64,000 nt of DNA from Candidatus Moranbacteria bacterium RIFCSPHIGHO2_01_FULL_55_24 (GTDB lineage: Bacteria; Patescibacteriota; Minisyncoccia; Moranbacterales; UBA1568): contig MFRW01000005.1 in the NCBI GenBank assembly GCA_001786575.1, positions 23,581 through 87,580 on the forward strand, read 5' to 3'. The position numbers were made by a program, and so were the translations under genes. This document shows, one piece after another, positions 36,339-44,111 of the stretch. The notes under the pieces were generated by a model. The model worked only from the letters and a program-made list of their open reading frames with translations. It ran no database searches and was not told the DNA's origin. The first letter of the stretch is position 1. Each line of letters opens with the position of its first letter.

Positions 36339-37903
36339 TACGTCAGAAGAGAGAGCAGGCTGGTGCCGTTCATCTCGGCAGGCTTCTCGAGACTCATGAT
36401 CTCGAGGATGGTCGGGGCGACATCGGAGAGGAGGCCGTTCACTTCGTTCTGCTCGCGCGTCATCTGTTCGGCGTTTTTCTCGCGCTGGTTGTCCGGCGTG
36501 ATGTACCAGAGGGGAATCGGATTGGTGGAGTGTTCCGTATCGATCTCGCCCGTCGCATGCTTCTTCAACTCCTCGACGTTGCCGTGGTCGGAGGTGATGA
36601 TGATCGCCGCACCGGCTTTCAAGAGTGCGGGAATGAGGATGGAGAGACTCTTGTCAGTGGCTTCGACGGCTTCGATAGAAGCTTCTTCGTTCCCGGTGTG
36701 CGCCACCATGTCCGGGTTGGCATAATTGACCAGGATGAAATCATACTCGTTCTTCTCTACGGCTGCGATGAGCGCTTCGGTAATCTGGGGCGAACTCATT
36801 TCCGGGATTTCATCGAAGCGCGCGACTGACGGCGAAGGGATGAGCATGCGGTCTTCTCCGGCAAAGGCTTTTTCATTGCCGCCGTTGAAGAAGTAGGTGA
36901 CGTGCGCGTACTTCTCGGTTTCGGCGATACGAAGCTGCTTCTTGTTGTTTCGGCTCAAGACCTCGCCCAAGCTGTTCTGGATGTCTTCCGGCGGGAAAGC
37001 GACAGCTACCGGCAGTCCGCGTTCGTACTCGGTCATGGTCGCGAAGAAAAGGCCGCGCTTTTCGCGAGTGAAGCCGCTGAAACTGTCCAGAACGAAAGCC
37101 TGGGTCAGTTCGCGAGCCCGGTCTTCACGGAAATTGAAGAAGATGACCGAGTCGTTGTTTTCGATAAGGGCGACCGGGTGCCCCTTTTCCGTGATGACCG
37201 TCGGTTCGATGAATTCATCGGTGATGTTTTTGGCGTAGGACTGTTCGAGGAAAAGAAGAGGGTCATCGGATTGGTCCCCTTTTCCTTCGGTCAGCATGCG
37301 GTATGACTTCTCGATGCGGTCCCAATTGTTGTTCCGGTCCATGGCGAAGTTCCGGCCGGAGAGGCTCGCGATCTTGCCTACGCCGACGAGGCGCATCTCG
37401 CGGATGAGTTCCTTCAGCTGCTGGATGGCGGCCGTCGGTGCCGAATCGCGGCCGTCGGTGAAGATATGGACGTAGACATCTTCGAAGTTCTCTTTCTTGG
37501 CGAGTTTCAGGAGCGCCAGCAGGTGGTCCCTGTGGGAATGCACGCTTCCGGAGCTGACGAGTCCCATCAGATGGAGCTTGCTCTTCTTTTCTTTGGCTTG
37601 GTTGATGGCTTCGAGAAGGACGGCGTTCTGGTAGAAACTTTCATCCTGGATGGCAAGCGAAATGCGCGGCATGTTCTGGTAGATGACGCGCCCGGCACCC
37701 ATGGTCATATGGCCGACTTCGCTGTTGCCGGAGGTATTCCAAGGAAGGCCCACGGAGATTCCGGAGGCCTGCAGAGTGGTCATCGGGTAGTAGCGATTCA
37801 GGGCATCGAAGGTAGGGAGCGTCGCTTCGCGGATCGGATTGCCTTGGACGGTATTGCTCAACCCCCAGCCATCAAGCACGATCAATACGACAGGTCGGTA
37901 CAT
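36338..37903 (-). CDS. gpmI: 2,3-bisphosphoglycerate-independent phosphoglycerate mutase
   Basis: LIVLDGWG, GNSEVGH, FTDGRD, AMDR, AETEKYAHVTYFFNGG, NPDMVAH, TSDHGN, TEHST. Confidence 0.96.
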   Translation of the reverse strand: MYRPVVLIVLDGWGLSNTVQGNPIREATLPTFDALNRYYPMTTLQASGISVGLPWNTSGNSEVGHMTMGAGRVIYQNMPRISLAIQDESFYQNAVLLEAINQAKEKKSKLHLMGLVSSGSVHSHRDHLLALLKLAKKENFEDVYVHIFTDGRDSAPTAAIQQLKELIREMRLVGVGKIASLSGRNFAMDRNNNWDRIEKSYRMLTEGKGDQSDDPLLFLEQSYAKNITDEFIEPTVITEKGHPVALIENNDSVIFFNFREDRARELTQAFVLDSFSGFTREKRGLFFATMTEYERGLPVAVAFPPEDIQNSLGEVLSRNNKKQLRIAETEKYAHVTYFFNGGNEKAFAGEDRMLIPSPSVARFDEIPEMSSPQITEALIAAVEKNEYDFILVNYANPDMVAHTGNEEASIEAVEATDKSLSILIPALLKAGAAIIITSDHGNVEELKKHATGEIDTEHSTNPIPLWYITPDNQREKNAEQMTREQNEVNGLLSDVAPTILEIMSLEKPAEMNGTSLLSLLT

Positions 37904-37953
37904 GGTATTTGTTTTCGGCTTAATGATTGCATCATAGCATCCATTTTAGGCTT

Positions 37954-37982
37954 TTGACAAAAGCATTTTCCGGGATTATCAT
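37954..37982 (+). promoter_or_regulatory. sigma70 promoter upstream of the structured RNA and rny
   Basis: TTGACA-N17-TATCAT. Confidence 0.6.
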
Positions 37983-38007
37983 CCTTATACAGGCTTAAAT
38001 TACTCAT

Positions 38008-38169
38008 TTTTGCATGTACCGGAATATTTCGGGAAACGACCTGGTTTATATCAGTCTTATGACGCATCTTTTCTCACTCAATCAAATAAATCAGCAGAGA
38101 AAACTCGCCTCCGGCAAGGGGAGCGAGCGTGCCTGGTCGGCTTCCTTGGGTTTCTGGTCCGTTGCAGAG
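38008..38169 (+). ncRNA. Rod-like structured RNA, 6S RNA candidate
   Basis: 38008-38041 pairs by eye with 38135-38169 (about 30 bp with bulges), enclosing a single-stranded region and two inner hairpins; sits directly upstream of rny. Confidence 0.45.
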
Positions 38170-38176
38170 CACACCT

Positions 38177-39706
38177 ATGGAATCACTTATCCCTATCCTG
38201 CTTTCAGCGGTCGCGCTGGGGGTGGGTATCTTTTTGGGCTATCTTGTCCGTCAGAATCTCGCTAAGAAGCAGCTTTCGACCGCCGAAGGTCAGGCGGCCA
38301 AAATGATCGAAGAGGCCGAGAAGAAGGTCCAAGAGATGACTCTTGAGGCCAAGAATCAGGCTGTCCAAATCCTCGAGGACGCCAAGAAAGAAGAGAAGAT
38401 CCGCGAGGAGAAACTCTTGAACCAGGAAGCGCGGATCGAGAAGCGCGAAGAGCAGGCCGAACAGCTCCACCAGGAGAACGAGACCGAGAAGAAGCGCATC
38501 TTGGAAAAGGCAGAGGAAATAAAGGCGATTCAGAAGGATACGGAAGCGCTCCGGAGCCAGGAGATGGAGAAGCTCGAAAAGATTGCTGCCCTTCCGAAGG
38601 AGGAGGCCGCGCAAGAGCTCTTCCGTCTGGTAGAAGAAGAAAGCAAGGAGGCGCTGGTGAAGCGCATGTCGAAGCTGGAACGCGAGAGCCACGAGGAACT
38701 GGAAAAGCGCTCTCTCAATATCATGGCGACGGTTATCCAGAAGTATTCCCGTTCGCATGTCTCTGAATTTACGACCACGACCGTCCAGATCCCTTCGGAC
38801 GAAGTGAAAGGGAAGATCATCGGCAAGGAAGGGCGGAATATCCGCGCCTTGGAGAAGGAGACAGGCGTCGAGCTGATCGTAGACGATACGCCGGAGACGG
38901 TGATCATCTCGGGCTTCGATCCGGTGCGGCGCGAGATCGCGAGGATCGCGCTTGAGAAGCTGGTCAGCGACGGCCGTATCCACCCGGCTCGCATCGAAGA
39001 AGCGGTAGAGGAGGGAAAGAAAGAAATCGACCAGAAAATCAAGGAAGCCGGCGAGGCCGCGGCCTATGACGCCGGTATCGCGGGGCTCCACCCGAAGCTT
39101 CTCTATATATTGGGACGCCTGCGTTACCGCTATAGCTACAAGCAGAATGTGCTCCTGCACTCGCTCGAAGTATCGTACCTGGCCGGAGCGCTCGCAGCCG
39201 AGCTCGGAGCGGACGTCGCCTGCGCCAAGAAGGCGGGACTCCTCCACGATATCGGCAAGGCGGTGGACCATGAGATCGAGGGCACGCACGTGAAGATCGG
39301 CATGCGCATCCTGGAGAAGTTCGGCTTGGGCCAGAACGTCATCGATGCGATGAAGTGCCACCACGACGAATACCCTCATCAGACCATCGAATCGTTCATC
39401 GTGACGGCCGCTGACGCTATTTCTGCCGCTCGTCCGGGCGCTCGCAAGGAAACGGCAGAGAAGTACATCAAGCGCCTGCAGGAACTGGAAGCGCTCATCA
39501 ATACCTTTCCGGAGGTAGAGAAGTCCTATGCTATCCAGGCCGGCCGCGAAGTGCGCATCTTCGTCAATCCGGAGAAGACCGACGACTTGGGCGCTATGAA
39601 GCTCGCTCGCGATATCGCCAAGCGCATCGAGGAAGAACTCAAGTATCCGGGTGAAATCAAAGTGAATGTGTTCCGCGAGACTCGCGCCGTGGAGTACGCC
39701 AGATAA
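38177..39706 (+). CDS. rny: Ribonuclease Y
   Basis: N-terminal TM, coiled coil, KH domain ([13 protein letters not shown]), HD domain (LLHDIGK), [10 protein letters not shown]. Confidence 0.96.
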   Translation: MESLIPILLSAVALGVGIFLGYLVRQNLAKKQLSTAEGQAAKMIEEAEKKVQEMTLEAKNQAVQILEDAKKEEKIREEKLLNQEARIEKREEQAEQLHQENETEKKRILEKAEEIKAIQKDTEALRSQEMEKLEKIAALPKEEAAQELFRLVEEESKEALVKRMSKLERESHEELEKRSLNIMATVIQKYSRSHVSEFTTTTVQIPSDEVKGKIIGKEGRNIRALEKETGVELIVDDTPETVIISGFDPVRREIARIALEKLVSDGRIHPARIEEAVEEGKKEIDQKIKEAGEAAAYDAGIAGLHPKLLYILGRLRYRYSYKQNVLLHSLEVSYLAGALAAELGADVACAKKAGLLHDIGKAVDHEIEGTHVKIGMRILEKFGLGQNVIDAMKCHHDEYPHQTIESFIVTAADAISAARPGARKETAEKYIKRLQELEALINTFPEVEKSYAIQAGREVRIFVNPEKTDDLGAMKLARDIAKRIEEELKYPGEIKVNVFRETRAVEYAR

Positions 39707-39858
39707 GGACCATTCCAAGAAATGGCTTATCTATTGCATTCTCTGGAAAAAAGGCTTAGAATCAGGGACAGGAGGATAACTTGCACTTTCGGCTCTTCTC
39801 GCTGTTCCGTACGGGGCAGGAAGAAAGAAAGTCTAAACTAGAAAGGCAGGTGGGAAGC

Positions 39859-40140
39859 ATGAAAAACATAAATAAGGACGCTCTCGTACACGCTCTCGTT
39901 GAAAAGACGGATCTTTCGAAGAAAGATGTTGAAGCAGTACTCGAGTGCATAATCGACCAGATCACGAGCGAACTCCGTCAGGGGAACAAGGTGACTCTCA
40001 CCGGTTTCGGAACTTTCAAGGTTTCGAATCGCGCCGCTCGCGAAGGTATCAACCCGCAAACCAAGGCCAAGATCACCATCCCGGCCATGACTGTACCGAA
40101 GTTTACTGCTGGCAAGACTCTGAAAGAAGCAGTAAAGTAG
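39859..40140 (+). CDS. hup: DNA-binding protein HU
   Basis: GFGTF..RAAREGINPQT..IPA..PKFTAGK; SD-like GAAAGGCAGGTG. Confidence 0.95.
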   Translation: MKNINKDALVHALVEKTDLSKKDVEAVLECIIDQITSELRQGNKVTLTGFGTFKVSNRAAREGINPQTKAKITIPAMTVPKFTAGKTLKEAVK

Positions 40141-40185
40141 CCAACGCCGTCTTTTGAAAGACGGTAAAACAAAAGATAGGGCTGG

Positions 40186-40215
40186 AACCTGCCATACGGC
40201 AGGTTCTTGCTTTTC
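40186..40215 (+). terminator. Intrinsic terminator after hup
   Basis: GAACCTGCC-atac-GGCAGGTTC-TTGCTTTT. Confidence 0.6.
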
Positions 40216-40280
40216 CTGATTGACTGGAGGCTTTCTTTCGGCTAGACTTGGGAAAGTCTTTCCGAAAACCGGGACTTTAA

Positions 40281-40351
40281 CGGGGCGTAGTATAGTGGCA
40301 GTACGAGTGGTTTGGGACCATTTAGTCTGGGTTCGATTCCCAGCGCCCCGA
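40281..40351 (+). tRNA. tRNA-Pro(TGG)
   Basis: CGGGGCG/CGCCCCG acceptor stem, AGTGG-TT-TGG-GA-CCATT anticodon arm, GGTTCGATTCC. Confidence 0.96.
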
Positions 40352-40352
40352 C

Positions 40353-41375
40353 ATGAAAAAGGTAGTCACCATCGGCGGAGGAACCGGGAGCTTCATGCTC
40401 TTGTCAGGGCTCAAGAAATATCCGATTGAGCTCTCGGCCATCGTCTCCATGGCGGATGATGGCGGATCGACAGGAATCCTGCGGGATGAGCTCGGTGTCC
40501 TCCCGCCTGGCGACGTGCGCCAGTGCCTGGTAGCGCTTTCGGATTCTTCCGACATGCTTCGGAAGCTCATGAACTACCGTTTTGCCGATGGCGGGCTTTC
40601 CGGGCATAGCTTCGGGAATCTCTTCCTCTCGGCTCTGGAGAAGATTACCGGGGATTTCACGGATGGCGTCTTGGAAGCGGCACAGATCTTGAATGTCAAA
40701 GGCGAGGTGGTTCCGGTGACGTCCGCTGACACGAATCTGAAGGTGGAACTCCGGAACGGAACGGTCCTTGCCGGCGAGCACGAGATCAATACGAACAAAA
40801 AGATCGGGAAAACAGGCATCAAGAAGGTATTCCTCGCACCCCGAGCCAAAGCGAACAAACAAGCGATAAAGAAGATCCTCGAGGCCGACCTCATCGTCAT
40901 CGGTCCGGGAAACCACTATTGCAGCATCCTGCCGAATCTCCTGGTGGCAGGCATCCCGGAAGCGATCCGCAAGTCCCGGGCCAAAGTCGTGTATAATTGC
41001 AACCTGGTAAACAAGCGCGGCCATACGGACGGGTTCTCTCTCCATGACTATGTGCGCGAGATCAACGGGTTCTTGGGTGGGGAGCGCATCGACTTCGTGA
41101 CATTCAATACCAAGGAGCCTTCCCCGGCCCTCGTGCGCCGCTACAGCGAGGAGGACGGGGAACTGGTTACTTTCGAGAGCGAAAGCGATCCGAGCCGCCG
41201 GTACCGGGTAATCCGGGCAGACCTGTTGAGCCGCTCGCGGACCCGTTTCGACAAGGCAGACAAGATTGCAGCCGCGCGCTCTTTTATCCGTCATGATGCG
41301 GATCGTTTGGCAAAAGTGCTCGTCATGCTCTTGGAGCTCGGGGAATACGAGAGCATCATCCGGGAAATCGTCTAG
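40353..41375 (+). CDS. yvcK: YvcK/GlmR (CofD-related, UPF0052) family protein
   Basis: VVTIGGGTG, DDGGSTGILR, PPGDVR, GHSFGN, IGPG, RHDA. Confidence 0.92.
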   Translation: MKKVVTIGGGTGSFMLLSGLKKYPIELSAIVSMADDGGSTGILRDELGVLPPGDVRQCLVALSDSSDMLRKLMNYRFADGGLSGHSFGNLFLSALEKITGDFTDGVLEAAQILNVKGEVVPVTSADTNLKVELRNGTVLAGEHEINTNKKIGKTGIKKVFLAPRAKANKQAIKKILEADLIVIGPGNHYCSILPNLLVAGIPEAIRKSRAKVVYNCNLVNKRGHTDGFSLHDYVREINGFLGGERIDFVTFNTKEPSPALVRRYSEEDGELVTFESESDPSRRYRVIRADLLSRSRTRFDKADKIAAARSFIRHDADRLAKVLVMLLELGEYESIIREIV

Positions 41376-41434
41376 AGAGAGGCTTTGACGAGGGGAGAAT
41401 TGCCCCGTACAATAGGAGGGAACTGAAAACACCT

Positions 41435-42166
41435 ATGCAGACACTTACATTCAAGAAGCGCGAAGATGCCGCTGCCGGAACCGCGACATTTTTTTTTGAA
41501 AAGCCGGAGAACTTCGTTTTTCTCGCCGGCCAGTATGTAGCCATCAAGCTCGATAACCTCGTGGCTCCGGATACGCGAAGCGGCGCCCGTTCCCTCTCCA
41601 TTTCTTCCGCGCCGTTCGAGGAAGACCTCGCTTTTACGGTAAGAGGCGGCGACAGCGGCTTCAAGCAGACTCTTTGGAAACTCGAGCCGGGCGATACGGT
41701 TTCGATCACTCCTCCGGTCGGACGGTTCGTACTCGAGCCGGGCGATACCCGTCCGGTCGTATTCTTGGTCGGCGGGGTCGGCATCACACCCGCCCGGAGT
41801 ATCCTCAAGCAGGCGGAGCACGAGGGTGATACCCGCCCGTTCGTCCTCCTGTATGCCAATCGCACGCTGCCGGACGCGCCATTCGCCGAGGAGCTTCGCA
41901 GCCTTAAGCTCGGGAATTTCCGGTATGCCGATGTCTTGAGCCAGGAGTCCTCTCCGAGCCAAGGCGAGTTCGATGAGCGCGGATACATCACCACAGAGGT
42001 ACTGAAGCGTCATGTGGACAAGATCGCTGATTCCCTGTACTATATCGTGGGTTCACCGAGCTTTATCGAGGCTATGGAAAAGATGCTTGATAGCGTCGGA
42101 GTGACCAAAGAACAGCGGCATAAGGACCCGTTTACGGGTCTCGGCTCCGCAAATCTGAAAGCGTAA
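41435..42166 (+). CDS. Ferredoxin-NADP reductase-like FAD/NAD(P)-binding oxidoreductase
   Basis: FLAGQY, RSLSISSAP, GGVGITP, LLYANR. Confidence 0.88.
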   Translation: MQTLTFKKREDAAAGTATFFFEKPENFVFLAGQYVAIKLDNLVAPDTRSGARSLSISSAPFEEDLAFTVRGGDSGFKQTLWKLEPGDTVSITPPVGRFVLEPGDTRPVVFLVGGVGITPARSILKQAEHEGDTRPFVLLYANRTLPDAPFAEELRSLKLGNFRYADVLSQESSPSQGEFDERGYITTEVLKRHVDKIADSLYYIVGSPSFIEAMEKMLDSVGVTKEQRHKDPFTGLGSANLKA

Positions 42167-42211
42167 AGAAGCGGGCGTCGTGCTCATAATCAGCGGCTCA
42201 TTATATCAGCC
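42166..42211 (+). repeat. Degenerate direct copy of the 5' flank and 5' half of tRNA-Gly(TCC)
   Basis: AAGAAGCGGGCGTCGT[GCTC]ATAAT[CAGC]GGCTCATTATATCAGCC equals 42254-42291 apart from two 4-nt insertions. Confidence 0.85.
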
Positions 42212-42258
42212 AAGGATCCAGAGCGACAGTCAAAAATAAAATTGAATATTTCTAAGAA

Positions 42259-42331
42259 GCGGGCGTCGTATAATGGCTCATTATATCAGCCTTCCAAGCT
42301 GAGGACGTGGGTTCGATTCCCATCGCCCGCT
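42259..42331 (+). tRNA. tRNA-Gly(TCC)
   Basis: GCGGGCG/CGCCCGC acceptor stem, TCAGC-CT-TCC-AA-GCTGA anticodon arm, GGTTCGATTCC, U73. Confidence 0.96.
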
Positions 42332-42462
42332 CAATAAGTAACAAAAGGCGTCTTCAGAGACGCTCTTTGTTATTTTTCGGGCGATAAGGGAATCGAATGC
42401 CGCGAGTCAAAAAAGAAGCTTTTTCTTTCCGAATCGAGGGTGTATACTGGATACCCAAGAGT

Positions 42463-43728
42463 ATGTCTTCCTTAATCGCTTTTTTCAGCCGTTTTCCCCG
42501 CAAGAGCCGCGCCGTCTTCGGGACGGGAGCTCTTCTTTTGGCGCTTAGCAGCTGGTATGTTTTCGATCCTGCATCTTCCGGGGAAGGGTTCGTAGCAAGC
42601 GTCCAGAGAGAGGAAGAAAATACGAGTACTCTCTCTGATTGGGTCGACGAGAAGCCGATCGTAACAGACGAGGCGAATGGTGTCCCGCAGCCGGAAGGCG
42701 AGGAAGCGTTCCCGGTCCTGCCTCCGCCACCGGCGCCATCGCTTGCGCGGATGAAAACCCAAGGCTGTGTGGCCGACGGATTCCTTTCCGGTTACGGCGG
42801 CGATGTGAACAGTTCGATCGCGCTCATCAACCGCTCGCAGTGCTACTATCTCCACCGCGCGCTCGAGACTTGGCTCCGACCGCCGGATTTCAAACTCGCC
42901 AGAAAGATCCAGTCCAAAGTCACGAAGCCCAATACCGTCTACGGGATGTTCATTGCGGAAGCGATCGATACCAAGTCGAATTACTTTTATCCGGCCGAGA
43001 AGCGGGATTTCGAATTTGCCGAGATGTGCCGCCAGGGCAGCAAGAATTTCTGGGGCGAACATACCTGCAAACCGTCCCTGGAGCGCGAGGAGTACCGGAA
43101 ATATCTGCGCTCCATCACCGAGTCTGCGATGGATATGAATGTGCAGGTGTTCCTCTTCGGCCAGGTCTTCTACCAGGATGCCGGAGATCTTTCGCATTCG
43201 ATCATGCCGGAGGTTATCCGCGAGATGCGCGAGTATGCGGATTTCCGCGGGATAGACATCCTGATCGGCGCGCAGACCAACGATATCGCCGATGAGGCCT
43301 ATCTTCGCCAATTCGACTTCATCGAGGGCGGCGTGGGGCTTTCTCAAGAAGGCCGCGTCGAGGAAGGGCCGTGCTTCTCCCGCTGGTACGAGAAGCCTGG
43401 CGACTGGTGCTGGGCGCTTCTCTGGAATCAGCGTTTCAAGAGCAAGGCGAACAATGTCTTCGTGCACTTCGACTGGAGCGGGAAAGTCGGCGATGACATG
43501 AGCGTCTTCACGCGGATGACGCAGGATGAGCGCGCCCGGACGCTCCGCGATCTGCGTGCGTACTTCCTGCACCGCGATGTCGGATTCCTCATGCCGGTGC
43601 TTGCGACGCTCCATCGCGACAACAACGGCTGCCACGGAGCCAAGGAGAGATTCTACTCCGCGAGCCGGAAATATACCTGTCAGGACGAAGACGCGATAAA
43701 TGAAATCCTGAAATCCCAGAAGCCGTAA
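42463..43728 (+). CDS. Membrane-anchored hypothetical protein
   Basis: N-terminal TM, Pro-rich linker, ~310-aa alpha/beta domain with several Cys; -10 TATACT at 42443 favours start 42463 over 42397. Confidence 0.75.
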   Translation: MSSLIAFFSRFPRKSRAVFGTGALLLALSSWYVFDPASSGEGFVASVQREEENTSTLSDWVDEKPIVTDEANGVPQPEGEEAFPVLPPPPAPSLARMKTQGCVADGFLSGYGGDVNSSIALINRSQCYYLHRALETWLRPPDFKLARKIQSKVTKPNTVYGMFIAEAIDTKSNYFYPAEKRDFEFAEMCRQGSKNFWGEHTCKPSLEREEYRKYLRSITESAMDMNVQVFLFGQVFYQDAGDLSHSIMPEVIREMREYADFRGIDILIGAQTNDIADEAYLRQFDFIEGGVGLSQEGRVEEGPCFSRWYEKPGDWCWALLWNQRFKSKANNVFVHFDWSGKVGDDMSVFTRMTQDERARTLRDLRAYFLHRDVGFLMPVLATLHRDNNGCHGAKERFYSASRKYTCQDEDAINEILKSQKP

Positions 43729-43754
43729 TCGGAAACCTTTGGTATAATACGAGC

Positions 43755-44090
43755 ATGACAGAAATATTCTCGACGAAAAAATTCCAGCGGCGGGACGAGG
43801 ATTTTGCCTGTGAGCGCTGCGGCGAAACCGTAGCGGGGAATGGCTATACCAATCATTGTCCGAGCTGTCTCTTTAGCAAGCATGTGGATGTCTATCCTGG
43901 CGATCGGTTGGCGACTTGCCAGGGTCTCATGCGGCCGGCAGAGATCGAACTTTCCCAGAACGAATACCGCATTTTGCATCAATGCCTCGAATGCGGATAC
44001 ACAAAGAAAAATAAAATCAGCGAGCAGGATGATATGGAGGCAGTGATCCGGCTCGCCAAAGACAGCGCTTCACGGGCCGTCCAGGCCTAG
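43755..44090 (+). CDS. RNHCP domain zinc-binding protein
   Basis: FACERCG...TNHCPSCLFSKHVD..PGDR...CQGLMRP...HQCLECG. Confidence 0.9.
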   Translation: MTEIFSTKKFQRRDEDFACERCGETVAGNGYTNHCPSCLFSKHVDVYPGDRLATCQGLMRPAEIELSQNEYRILHQCLECGYTKKNKISEQDDMEAVIRLAKDSASRAVQA

Positions 44091-44111
44091 GAAGAAGCCC
44101 TGTTCATATCT

